DNA of 50,327 nt from Chiloscyllium plagiosum (Eukaryota), in contig NC_057757.1 of assembly GCF_004010195.1 (NCBI RefSeq), positions 7,685,198-7,735,524 of the forward strand. The letters run 5' to 3'. The translations under genes were made by a program, and so were the position numbers. Below, piece after piece: positions 35,460 to 46,330 of the stretch (position 1 is the first letter of the stretch; each line of letters begins with the position of its first letter). Under the pieces are notes generated by a model, which saw only the letters and a list, made by a program, of their open reading frames with translations, was not told the DNA's origin and searched no databases.

Positions 35460-35930
35460 GAGTTGAGGGAGGGGGAGTAGAGAGTGGACAGCAAGTTTTG
35501 GTGTGGGGGAAGGTGTTCGAGAACAGGCACCGGGGGAGGGGGGGGCGGAGAGAGTCTGGAGGGCAGTGTTTGTTGTTTGGGAAAGGGGAGTGGGGAATGA
35601 AGGCAGGAGCAGAAGAGAGGGCAGGTTCCACAAGAGTGGGGAAAGAAAGGAGAAAGACGTGGTGAGGGAGAGAAAGAGACAGGGCGAGTGGGAGAGAGTG
35701 CGTGCGAAAAGTTGAGAAGGAGAGATGGAATAAGAGAAAATGGATGAAAGAAAGAGAGGGTGAGAAAAGGTTGATTGAGCTGGAATGGGAGAGGCAGACA
35801 GGATGATAGAATGAGAGAGACACTCAGGGGGGCTGGAAGAGAGATACAGAGGCCAGAGAGAAACAGCTGAGGTAGAGATGGGGTGAGAGGAAGTGAGATT
35901 GGCCGGGAGAGAGAGAGAGATAGAGTGATG
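35460..35930 (+). repeat. Purine-rich (GA) low-complexity tract
   Basis: Strong G/A strand skew with GAGA runs. Confidence 0.8.
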
Positions 35931-36239
35931 AAGCTGTTTTGAATTATAAAGGAGTAGTTTGGAACAGACTGTTCCACTCGGTGAGGGTTGCAGAATGAGA
36001 GAGCACTGAGGTAAGACCAATTGTGAGCGACGAAGAAACCAAAGAAGAGCATTCACCTCCTCAAACGTGTCTGCGCCATTTATTCAAGTTCCTGACAAGT
36101 CTGTAACAACTCTGTTTCAATGCAAGGAGTATTACAGGTAAGGTACATGAGCGAAGAGCCTGGATCAGTAGGTGGGACGATGACGATGAGCATTCCAGTC
36201 GCCACATTCCAGGAACGATGTGGGGGGTTTGGGAGAGGG

Positions 36240-36635
36240 CGCAGAGGATTGGAGGGTATCAGTGATAAGGAGAGGCTAGAAAAACATGGATTGTTTTCTC
36301 TGGAGAGGAGACTTGCGAGAAGTGTACAGAACTATAGATGCGTAGGTAGGGTTGACGGTCAAAATCTTTTTCCCAAGAGTTGAAATGTCTAATACGAGGG
36401 GGGTGCAGGCAATTAAGGTGAGACGGGGAAAGGTCAGAGGAGACGGGAGGGGAAAGTTTTTTACAGTGTGGGAGGAGTCTGGAACGCACTGCCAGGGGTG
36501 CTGGTAGAGGCAGATACGATAGGGGCCTTTAAGGGGCTTTTAGATAAACACAACAATATGCAAGGGATGAAGGGACATTGTCCAAGGGTAGGCATAAGGC
36601 ATCACAACATTGGCGCTGTACAGTTCTATGTTCTA
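36240..36635 (+). mobile_element. CR1 3' end
   Basis: GLEGISDKERLEKHGLFSLERR, VWNALPGVLVEADTIGAFKGLLDKH, TTCTATGTTCTAT tail. Confidence 0.88.
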
Positions 36636-37896
36636 TTTGTTCACCCAGAACCATCTCCAATTCCCTGGCTTCTCAAAAATATATTGGCCTCCATTTTGAA
36701 GTGTGGTTTTGCTGACACTCAACTTTAACAGTTTGTAGGGAGGGAGTTCCAAAGACCTCTGTGTGACGGCAGACCAAATGGCCTTTATTTTCTTCAATCT
36801 TTTCTGGGAGGTGGGCGTTGCTGGGCAAGGCCAGCAATTGTTGCCCATCTCCCGAATCGCCCTCATCTGAGTGGCTGGCCTGGCCGTTTCCCAGGGCAGT
36901 TTAGAGTCAACCCCGTTTCTGTGGGTCTGGAGTCACACTTAGGTCAGACTGGCTAAGGTCTTCCTTCGAGAATGTGAGGGAGCTAGTGGGACTTTACTTG
37001 TGGCAAGTTCCGTACCCATTCTAATGACATTGTGGTTGAAGGAAGATGGTGGGGTTTCTGGGGCGAGGCACTGACTGGATGGGGTGAATGGCCAATTGAG
37101 ATTTGGAGGCCTGCAGTAATGCTGGGGCCAGAATGACCATCGACACGGTGCAGGGGTAAATGAAAGGGCTCCCCCTGAATGGGCAACACTGGACACATTG
37201 CCAAAAAAATGGCATCAGGACCTGACAAGGGTCAGGGAGTGTATTATCAGCCATGGTTAGGCAGATGCAATGGGCAGAGTGGTCTAATTCTCCTCCTGTC
37301 TTATGGCCTTCCAACCATGCCTTTTCCCTCATCTCGCCCTAACTCCGTACACGCATGTTGACAGAGATTGCGGCCAAGTTGTGGGGGGTGGGGGAGGGGA
37401 GGTGCGGGGGTGCAGGGTGCCCCAGCTCAGCAAGGCTGACACATGGCTGCCTCAGGCCTGCACATCTCACAGGCCTCACTGTGACTCTCCCAACGGGCGA
37501 GTGGACTTCAGGCCTGCGACTTCAGGTTTGCAGGGCGTGGGAAGCTAATGAGAGTGAAATGTTTGGAAAGTTGACAAAAGGAGGGAAGGTTTGATATGCT
37601 CCCCTCCCGAATCCCTGTTGTCAGCAGCTAGACGTGAAAGCTGTGGACAGAGGAGAGTAGATAGAAGGAAGTTCTCTCTGAAACAGGTCATTCAGTCCAT
37701 CTGCCCTTTTGAAGCGATGCTACCAGGGCTTTACTCCTTCCCGTTGGATGCGGTGGCAAGGCCAGCATTTCTTGTCTGTCCCTAATGACCCCTGAGCCAG
37801 AGGCCTACTGGCCAACCTCCGAGAGCAGCCTAATCAACCACCTTATGAAGTTCTGCCCTCCCATGTAGAGGACTCCTTCCCTAAACAGAGGCATTA

Positions 37897-38452
37897 GTCA
37901 GAGTCGAAAAGGTAAGAAAAACACAGCAGATCAAGCTGTATCTGAGGAGCGGGAGAGTTGACATTTCAGGCATAAGCCCTTCATCAGGAATGTGGAGGGG
38001 TTAGGGAAGGGGGCTGAGAGATTTAAATAGGAGGGTGGGGGTGGGGCCAAGGTAGCTGGGAAGATGATAGGTGGATGCAGAATGGGGGGAGTGATTGTGA
38101 TAGGTCAGAGTGGAGGCTGGAGCAGATAGGCAGGAAGGAAGATGGACAGGTCAAGAGGGTGGCGCCGGGTTGGATCTGGGATGAGCTGGGGGGAGGGGAG
38201 GTGAGGGAACTGGTGAAGTCGATGTTGATGCTGTGTGGTTGGAGGGTCCCAAGGCAGAAGTTCAGGTGTTCTTCCTCCAGGCGTTGGGGAGCTTGGATTT
38301 GGCGGTGGAGGAGGCCCAGGACTTGCATGTCGTTGGCAGAGGGAGAGTTGAAGTGTTCAGCCACGGGGCGGCGGGGGTATTGGGTGCGTGTGTCCCAGAG
38401 ATGTTCCCTGAAAGGTTCCGCGAGTTGGTGTCCTGTCTCCCCGATGTAGAGG
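37897..38452 (-). mobile_element. Penelope-like GIY-YIG 3' fragment
   Basis: ORF 38023-38463 reads YIGETGHQLAEPFREH...VAEHFNS...LEEEHLNFCLGTLQPHSINIDF. Terminus has a CTGATGAAGGGCTTATGCCTGAAATGTC motif. Confidence 0.92.
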
Positions 38453-38814
38453 AATGTTAACATTCTTACAGATGGCTAATTTATAATAATTCTTTGAGTG
38501 AAGCTTCCACCTAGTGGCCATGCTGGGAGTGAACCCACCCATGTCAAGAGCAAGCCGGTATAACTTTAAGCTGAAAGACAGCATGTTTGGAGGGGATTTG
38601 GGGGGGAAAAGCCTTCTTTTTACTCTGAGGATGTTGGGGGTCTGGGAGGGTAACTGAGGCAGCAATCCTCAAAAACCTTTCAAAAGCACTCTGGTGAGCC
38701 ATTTGAAATGTCAGAACATTCAAGCCTGTGGTGGGAAAGTGAGACTAATGCAGGTCGTAGTGTACATTTGACAGTACAACTTCAATGGGATGAAGGGCCT
38801 CTTCTGTACTGAGT

Positions 38815-39822
38815 AAGGTGCAAGAGTAGGCCATTCGGCCCTTCGAGCCTGCACCACCAGTCAATATGATCATTGCTGATCATGCAAACTCAGTCTCCCA
38901 TGCCCACTTCCTCTCCACACCCCTTATTCCCTTTGGCTGCAAGGGCTATATCCAGCTCCCTCTTGGATATATTTAACCAACTGGACCCAACAGCTTCCTG
39001 TGGGGGACAATCCCAGGTTCACAATTATCTGAAGAGCTTCTTCCTCATCTCAATCCTGAATGGCATACCCCTTTATTCTTAGACTGTGACCCCAAGTCTG
39101 GACTTGCCCAACATTGGGAACATTCCTCCCACATCTAGCCTGTCCAATCCCATCAGGAATTTATAGGTTTCTGTGAGATTCCCCTCTAATTCTTCTCAAT
39201 TCCAGTGAACACAGGCCCAGTTGATCCAGTCTTCCTTCGGAGGTCAGTCCTGCCATCCTGGGAATCAGTCTGGTGAACCTTGGCTGGGCTCCCTCAATAG
39301 CAAGAGGATCTTTCCTCAGACAAGGAGACCAAAACTGCACACAATCCTCAAGGTGGGGCCTCACCAAGACCCTGTATAACTGCAGCAGGACATCCTTACT
39401 CTGATACTCCAATCCTCTCACTAAGAAGGCCAGCATGCCATTAGCTTTCCTCGCTGCACCTGCATGCCATCCTTCAGTGACTGTTCCACCATGGCACCCA
39501 GGTCTTGGTGAACTTTGCCTTTGCCTAAACCTATCAGCACTCGGTGATCACCGGCCTTGCTCTTTGTGCCACCGCAGTGGATCATCTCCCCAATATTCCC
39601 ATTATATTGCATTTGCCAAGTATCTTCCCACTCAGTCAGTCTGCCTAAGTCACCCTGCAGCCTCTTAGCATCCTCTTCATGTCACTAAGCCGGGTGGCAC
39701 TGTGTGCTATCGGCACACTTGGAGACATGGCTTTGTCTCAAATGTGATTGTATATTGTGAACAGCGAGGGTTCCACAACTGAATGCTGTGGTACCCCACT
39801 GCCTGCTGCTCTGAAAAAGACC
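38815..39822 (-). mobile_element. CR1 3' fragment, core near-identical to 46885-47672
   Basis: KDVLLQLYRVLVRPHLEDCVQFWSPCLRKD. ORFs 39421-39612 and 47261-47452 translate identically. Confidence 0.92.
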
Positions 39823-40106
39823 CTCTGAGCCCCTCACCTCCCCTCCCATGACATGAGTCACGGCCTCCGTCTCGGTTCCTACCACCCGCTGAGTCTCCTT
39901 TCAGAGAAGCCTTGCTCCTTCAGTCTATCCTGCAGTTCTTCGTCCTCCAAGTGATCGGGCCCATCTCGAGTGAGCACTTACCCTTCCGGGAGACAGCACG
40001 TGACTTGGAATCAAAGGCTGCTCCAATAGTCAGAGGGGAGGTAGGCCCAGCGGGTGAGCGGTGGCGTCTGATTATGGGTGACGTCCATGTTGGTTGGTTC
40101 CAATCT

Positions 40107-40412
40107 CAACTTCTTTTACCAGAAGGTGCACCAACCTGACGAATTCCCATCTTAATTATCATCGAAACAATTAGCTTATTCATTTGACCACTAGCCCTTG
40201 GAGTCCGACTGACCACAATCCTTAGTACCAGCCATCTTTCAATATAAATTATTGAAACATCAGCCTTTGTATTAATTACAATAATACCTACCGTAGCTCT
40301 ATTACCCTCAACAATTTTATTCTTATTAGTTACTCTCGAAGTCACTATTGCAACAATTCAAGCATATGTATTTGTCCTCCTATTAAGTCCCTACCTACAA
40401 ATGAACGTTTAA
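40107..40412 (+). pseudogene. ATP6: NUMT: 3' ~100 codons of mitochondrial ATP synthase subunit 6
   Basis: Mitochondrial-code frame LLPEGAPT..IPILIIIETISLFI.PLALGVRLT....HL.M*....[42 protein letters not shown], with one internal TAA. Confidence 0.95.
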
Positions 40413-40477
40413 TAGCCCACTAAACACATGCATGCTAAGTAGTTGTCCCAAGCCCATGACCATTAACAGGAGTTACC
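40412..40477 (+). pseudogene. COX3: NUMT: COX3 codons ~1-22
   Basis: ATA GCC CAC TAA ACA CAT GCA ... GTT GTC CCA AGC CCA TGA CCA TTA ACA GGA matches MAHQAHA..VDPSPWPLTG. It overlaps the ATP6 stop by 1 nt, as in mtDNA gene order. Confidence 0.92.
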
Positions 40478-41058
40478 ATAGAGTCACAGAGTCATAGAGA
40501 TGTACAGCATGGAAACAGACCCTTCGGTCCAACCCGTCCATGCCGACCAGATATCCCAACCCAATCTAGTCCCACCTGCCAGCACCCGGCCCATATCCCT
40601 CCAAACCCATCCTATTCATATACCCATCCAGATGTCTCTTAAATGTTGCAATTGTACCAGCCTCCACCACATCCTCTGGCAGCTCATTCCATACATGTAC
40701 CACCCTCTGTGTGAAAAGGTTGCCCCCTTAGGTCTCTCTTATATCTTTCCCCTCTCACACTAAACCTATGCCCTCTAGTTCTGGACTCCCCGACCCCAGG
40801 AAAGAGACTTTGCCTATTTACCCTATCCACACCCCTCAGCCTCCGACGCTCCAGGGAAAACAGCCCCAGCCTGTTCAGCCTCTCCCTATAGCTCAAACCC
40901 TCCAAACCTGGCAACATCCTTGTAAATCTTTTTTGAATCCTTTCAAGTTTCACAACGGTCTTTCCGATAGGAAGGAGACCAGAATTGCAGGTAATATTCC
41001 AACAGTGGCCTAACCAATGTCCTGTACAGCCGCAACATGACCTCCCAACTCCCGTACT
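40478..41058 (-). mobile_element. Young HER1/CR1 3' fragment inserted into the NUMT
   Basis: VVKLERIQKRFTRMLPGLEGLSYRERLNRLGLFSLERRRLRG. (TCTATGAC)n-type tail at 40478-40500. Confidence 0.95.
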
Positions 41059-41117
41059 AGCACTAGGTTTAGCTATTTGATTCCACGTCCGCACATTATC
41101 CTGATTACACCTACGAT
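41059..41117 (+). pseudogene. COX3: NUMT: COX3 codons ~28-45
   Basis: GGT TTA GCT ATT TGA TTC CAC reads GLAIWFH in the mitochondrial code, continuing the piece that ends at 40477. Confidence 0.8.
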
Positions 41118-41668
41118 CAGAAGAGAGTGGGGACTGCAGATGCTGGAGATCAGAAGCGAGAGTGTGTTGCTGGAAAAGCACAGCAGGTCAGGCAGCATCC
41201 AAGGAGCAGGAGAATCGACATTTCGGGCATAAGCCCTTCATCTTGAAGGGGGCTTGTGGGTCAGGGGAGAGGTTGAGAGAGAAATGGGAGGAGGTGGGGC
41301 TGGAGTGAAGATAGTTGAAAGTGCAATTGGTAGGTGAAGGTCAGGGACAAGGTGATAGGTCGGCGAAGAGAGGTGGGAAAGAGGATGGACAGGTCGAGAG
41401 GGTGGTGCCGAGTTGAAGGCTTGCGACTGGGCTAAGGTGGGGGAAGGGGAAATGAGGAAACTGGTGAAATCCACATTAATCCAGTGTGGTTGCAGAATCC
41501 CAAGGCAGAAGATGAGGCGTTCTTCCTCCAGGCGTCGGGGGGTTAGGGTTTGGCGATGGAGGAGGCCCCCCGGCCCACAAGCCTCAGTCCTGATGAAGGG
41601 CCCGAAACGTTGACTCTCCTGCTCCTCGGATGCTGCCTGACCTGCTGTGCTTTTCCAGCGCCGCTCTC
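41118..41668 (-). mobile_element. 5'-truncated PLE with inverted terminal copy, inserted in the NUMT
   Basis: The reverse complement of GGCAGAAGATGAGGCGTTCTTCCTCCAGGCGTCG encodes RRLEEERLIFCL. 41575-41668 is the inverted copy of ~41160-41260. Confidence 0.9.
41586..41615 (+). ncRNA. Minimal hammerhead ribozyme motif
   Basis: AGTC-CTGATGA-A-GGG/CCC-GAAA-CG-TT-GACT: perfect 4-bp stem I (AGTC/GACT), loopless stem II, palindromic ACGT stem III. Confidence 0.55.
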
Positions 41669-41670
41669 CC

Positions 41671-41830
41671 TACCGCCTTATCGAAGGGAACGGAAACGAA
41701 GCTATCCAATCCCTAACATTGCCTATCATTCTAGGTTTCTACTTCACATCTCTTCAAGCTATAGAATATTATGACACATCTTTCACTATCGCTGGTGGTG
41801 TCTATGGGACACCATTTTACGTTGCCACGG
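41671..41830 (+). pseudogene. COX3: NUMT: COX3 codons ~149-201
   Basis: [28 protein letters not shown](M)[22 protein letters not shown] matches the COX3 segment LMEGNRK.AIQAL.LT..LG.YFT.LQAMEYYEAPFTIADGVYG.TFFVATG. Confidence 0.95.
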
Positions 41831-42049
41831 TGAAACGGTGGCGGAGGGATGGTGGCGTGGTTGTTGTTGACGATGCTGAGCTCACTCAGGACTGACAGAC
41901 TCTCTCGAAGCTATATCCTTCTTCTTTGTGCTTAAATTATTCAAAAGGGCGCTGAGGTGTGGCCACGAATGAAAGCATTTGATGCTATTCTTACTTTAAA
42001 ATCATCCCTTCAAGGTGTTTTATTTCAAGGGGGCTGGCGTGTAAGCGTA

Positions 42050-42625
42050 TGGAAGCCTTCACTGTGCAAAGTGCTGGAGAGACCATTTCTGGAGCACCTG
42101 GTTCCCCTTATTGACAGAAAGATGTTGTTTCAATGCAGCAGAGGTTTGTAGGATGATCCCAGTGTAGAAGGACTAACATCTCAGCCAAAGACTAAACAGA
42201 TGGGGATCGTAGGCACCAGAGTTTAGAAGAATAAGAGGGGATCTGATTGGAACGTTTCGGATACCGAAGGGGCTTGACAGGGTAAATGCTGGGAGAGTGT
42301 CTCCCCTCACGGGAGAGTCCAGGATCAGAGGGGGTACCAAATATAGGGACACCAACGTGAGTCTCAGATGAGGAGGAATTCCTTCTTTGTGAGGGTTTGA
42401 GAGACTGTGGAACTCCTTGCCACAGGGAGCTGTGGGGGAAGAGTCCTTGTGGATATTGAAGGCTGAGAGAGAGAGAGATTCTTGATCAGTCAAGATACAG
42501 GGTTACAGGAAAAGAGGAGGAAAGTAGACATCAGGATTGTCGGATCAGCCATGACCCTAAGGAATGGCAGAGCAGGCTCGATTGGGCTGAACAGCCTCCT
42601 CCTGTTCCTGTTTAGTATGGTCTTA
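42050..42625 (+). mobile_element. Degenerate CR1 3' fragment
   Basis: GAGTTTAGAAGAATAAGAGGGGATCTGATTGGAAC...GATGAGGAGGAATTCCTTC...GATCAGCCATGA..GAATGGCAGAGCAGGCTCGA. Confidence 0.8.
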
Positions 42626-42698
42626 GCTCTGGTGCAGGTAGGAACCCAAACATCCTAGCTCTTAGTGCCAGAAAGTCTCTGGGACTGTACCTATAGGG

Positions 42699-43443
42699 AG
42701 GGCCTCAACCGGGACCTTGGGTTCATGTCACACTACAGGTGACCACCNNNNNNNNNNNNCTCACAGACTTAGACACTTTACACTCACATACACACATATA
42801 CACTCTCTCTCACACTCACAACCCCCCACCCCCGACACACACACACACACACTCCCACATGCACCCCCTCACAGACTTAGACACTATACTCACACACAAA
42901 CACACATACACTCTCTCTCACCCTCACAACCCCCCACCCCAGACAGACACACACACACAAAGACCCACATGCACACATATACATTTACGTTTGTGGGGTG
43001 AATTTGTACTTGCAGAGTTACATTGTACTTTGCTCAAAAACTGTATAAATTCATGTAAGACTCTGTTAACTCACTTTTTTTAGATTAGAATCAGTCTATG
43101 GCACAGACAGAGAACACGGGGGCTAACACCTTCAACATTGTATCTGGCTAACACCAATTGTTACAGTTAACCTGAGAATGTAACTTTTAAAAAAAAAAGT
43201 TTTGTGATTTACACATGAAAGAGGTGAAATTAACATGGTCATTCTAACAGATGAAAGACTCAACAAACAATCAAAGTATTTTTCAATGTATAATTTCAGT
43301 TACATCACACTGTAAACTTTTGTTATAAATTCTGTCTTACAATAGTGTCCTCCACAACCACCTGATGAAGGAGCAACGCTCTGAAAGCTCGTGCTTCCAA
43401 TTAAACTTGTTGGACTATAACCTGGTGTTGTGTGATTTTTAAC
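42699..43443 (+). mobile_element. PLE 3' end (second family): last GIY-YIG codons, CA-rich UTR, hammerhead-bearing terminus
   Basis: GGC CTC AAC CGG GAC CTT GGG TTC ATG TCA CAC TAC AGG TGA = GLNRDLGFMSHYR*. Internal ~108-bp duplication in the CA tract. Ends GGACTATAACCTGGTGTTGTGTGATTTTTAAC. Confidence 0.85.
43359..43393 (+). ncRNA. Minimal type-I hammerhead ribozyme motif, best-preserved copy
   Basis: CAC-CTGATGA-A-GGAGC-AAC-GCTCT-GAAA-GC-TC^GTG: stem I CAC/GTG, stem II GGAGC/GCTCT, palindromic AGCT stem III, CUC cleavage triplet. Confidence 0.7.
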
Positions 43444-43889
43444 TATATGCATTAGGTTATTATAATCTGATTTGAAGGGATTGGGTTCATACAACTTTGG
43501 AAAGAGAATGAGATCAATTCTCCAGGAGGAACTTTAATTGTGAGGTTACTGCAAGAATCGATCCTAATTTTACCTTTGCTGGGTTTTTAATGAGGTAAAA
43601 ACCTCACTCAATTTATCTTAAAGAAGTGGTTTTGCTTGGAGTGTTCGTGAGTTTGCTTGAACGATGTCACCCTTCACAGCCCTGGGGCTCCTGCTTGAAT
43701 CTATAAATCTTCCACAGAACTGACAGACAACAGCTAGGTCACCATCCAGCCCAAGGGAAAAGTGGGACTCAAAGCTTTCCCTCTGTGTCTGAAGATCCTG
43801 AATGAGTCGTGCATCATTGTTCCCTTACACCACCACTGTACCTCCGGATGGACCTTTTGTGATTCATACACCAGGACACCCAGTTGAAG

Positions 43890-44450
43890 GATGAGGGGGG
43901 AAATCTAACTGAAACTTCAAAGATACTGAATGACCTAGACGAAGGGGATGTTGGGGCGATGTTTCCATTGGCAGGAGATACCAGGACCTGAGGGCACAGC
44001 CTTAAAGGGAAGAGCTTTTCGAACAGAGATAAGGAGAAACTTCTTCAGCCAGAGAGTGGGGAGTCTCTGGGATTCACTGCCATAGAAGGCTGTGAAGGTC
44101 AAGTCTCTGGATACGTTCAAGAAAGAGTTGGATAGAGCTCTTAAAGATAGTGGAATCAAGGGTTCTGGAGATAAGGCAGGAACAGGATACTGATTGAGGC
44201 TGATCAGCCATGATCATATTGAATGGTGGTGCTGGCTCGAAGGGCAGAATGGCCTACTCCTGCACCTATTGTCTATTGAGTATAGTTAAGACAGAGATGG
44301 ATAGGTTCTTGAGTATCAAGGGGATCCAGGGTTCCAGGGAGAAAGTGGGAGAATGGGGTTGAGAAAATTATCAGCCATGATTGAATGGCAGAGCAGAATC
44401 GATGGGCTGAATGGCCTAGCTTCTGCTCCTATGGCCTTATGGTCTTATCC
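43890..44450 (+). mobile_element. Two adjacent CR1 3' ends
   Basis: GAGATAAGGAGAAACTTCTTCAGCCAGAGAGTGG...ATTGTCTATTG tail at 44280. A second UTR ends TATGGCCTTATGGTCTTAT. Confidence 0.82.
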
Positions 44451-44604
44451 CTCTGTATTTCAGAACATTGTAACCTCTCATCATTTGGATGATATGCTCC
44501 TTTTTTTATTCTTTCTGCCAAAGTAGACAATTTCACACATGATACTCCATTTTCCCATGTTTGTTCACCCAGATAGCTTATCTGTAACCATTTGTAGGCT
44601 CCTT

Positions 44605-45005
44605 ATAGAGTCATAGGGCACTGATATAGACCCTTCCGTCCAACAGTCCAGGCTGAACATAATCCCAAACGAAATGAGTCCCACCTACCTGCCCCTGGGC
44701 CATATCCCTCCAAACCTTACCTGTTCGTGTACTTATCCAAATGTCTTTTGAAGGTTGCAATTGTTACCACGTCCACCATTTTGTCAGGAAGTTTGTTCCA
44801 CACACGAGCCGCCCTCTGTGTAAACACTTTGGCCCTCATGTCTCTCTCTCATCATGTTAAACACGTGCACCCTAGTCTTGAAATCTCCCACCTGAGGGAA
44901 AAGACAACTACCGGGAACTCTATCTATTACCCGCTCATTATGTTGTGATCCTCGACCAGGTTGCCTCTCAACCTCTGACTCTGCAATGAAAGAAGCCCCA
45001 GCTCA
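44605..45005 (-). mobile_element. CR1 3' fragment
   Basis: ELGLLSLQSQRLRGNLVEDHNIMSG. ATAGAGTCATAG tail. Confidence 0.8.
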
Positions 45006-45009
45006 TTGT

Positions 45010-45143
45010 CGTTGACAGCGTAGAGGGCTGTTGTAGGCTGCAGCGGGACATTGACAGGATGCAGAGATGGGCTGAGAGGTGGCAGATGGAGTTCAACCTG
45101 GATAAATGTGAGGTGATGCATTTTGGAAGGTCGAATTTGAAAG
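45010..45143 (+). mobile_element. CR1 RT fragment running into a gap
   Basis: LQRDIDRMQRWAERWQMEFNLDKCEVMHFGRSN. Confidence 0.9.
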
Positions 45144-46029
45144 NNNNNNNNNNNNNNNNNNNNNNNNNNNNNNNNNNNNNNNNNNNNNNNNNNNNNNNNN
45201 NNNNNNNNNNNNNNNNNNNNNNNNNNNNNNNNNNNNNNNNNNNNNNNNNNNNNNNNNNNNNNNNNNNNNNNNNNNNNNNNNNNNNNNNNNNNNNNNNNNN
45301 NNNNNNNNNNNNNNNNNNNNNNNNNNNNNNNNNNNNNNNNNNNNNNNNNNNNNNNNNNNNNNNNNNNNNNNNNNNNNNNNNNNNNNNNNNNNNNNNNNNN
45401 NNNNNNNNNNNNNNNNNNNNNNNNNNNNNNNNNNNNNNNNNNNNNNNNNNNNNNNNNNNNNNNNNNNNNNNNNNNNNNNNNNNNNNNNNNNNNNNNNNNN
45501 NNNNNNNNNNNNNNNNNNNNNNNNNNNNNNNNNNNNNNNNNNNNNNNNNNNNNNNNNNNNNNNNNNNNNNNNNNNNNNNNNNNNNNNNNNNNNNNNNNNN
45601 NNNNNNNNNNNNNNNNNNNNNNNNNNNNNNNNNNNNNNNNNNNACCTTTCCACCAGCTTCAGATTTTTTCTTGCTTGTTTTTCCCCTCTGTCTTGCTGTC
45701 TCTGTCTCACATGAACAACTTTCAGCCTTTGTATTTTCCTGGCTTGTAAGGGTAATGAGACACTCATTCCAGAACAGTCAGATCTGCTCAGTGTGCTATC
45801 AGGATTGTTTTATTACATGGGTATTCCACTCAGCTCATTAAATTACAAATGCTTTTCCTGTGAGTATAAGTTTTGTTTTGAGTCTTCAATATAAACAAGA
45901 AACTCTGTTATCTAACATCCCACTGTGAAATATGTGCAGCCTCTAGCCCCCCCCCCAGGGTGAGAAGGAAGTACTGCCACCCATTCGATAAGTGAACAAA
46001 TGTTATCACCTCGTTTAAACCGATCCACT

Positions 46030-46330
46030 TAATGGTAAGGTCCTAAGGAGTGTTGCTGAATAAAGAGACCTTGGAGTGCAGGTTCATAGCTCCATGAAAG
46101 TGGAGTCACAGGTAAATAGGATAGTGAAGAAGGCATTTGGTATGCTTTCCTTTATTGGTAAGAGCACTGAGTACAGGAGTTGGGAGCTGTACAGGACATT
46201 GGTTAGGCCACCTTTGGAATATTGCATGCAGTTCTGGTCTCCTTCCTATCGGAAAGATGTTGTGAAACTTGAAAAGATTTACAAGATGTTGACAGGGTCG
46301 GAGGGTTTGAGCAACAGGGAGAGGCTGGAC
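46030..46330 (+). mobile_element. HER1/CR1 ORF2 fragment
   Basis: QVHSSMKVESQVNRIVKKAFGMLSFIG...LYRTLVRPPLEYCMQFWSPSYRKDVVKLE. Confidence 0.9.

Noticed and set aside
35359..36056. Minus-strand Ser/Leu/Pro-rich ORFs (154-221 aa)
   Set aside because: They are by-products of the purine-rich low-complexity tract, open in all three frames.
40107..41830. Real mitochondrial contig or mis-assembled mtDNA
   Set aside because: It has internal stops even in the mitochondrial code, many substitutions and nested nuclear retroelements, so it is a genuine old NUMT.
9584..45841. ORFs of 130-360 aa containing X runs
   Set aside because: They are artefacts of translating through N gaps.
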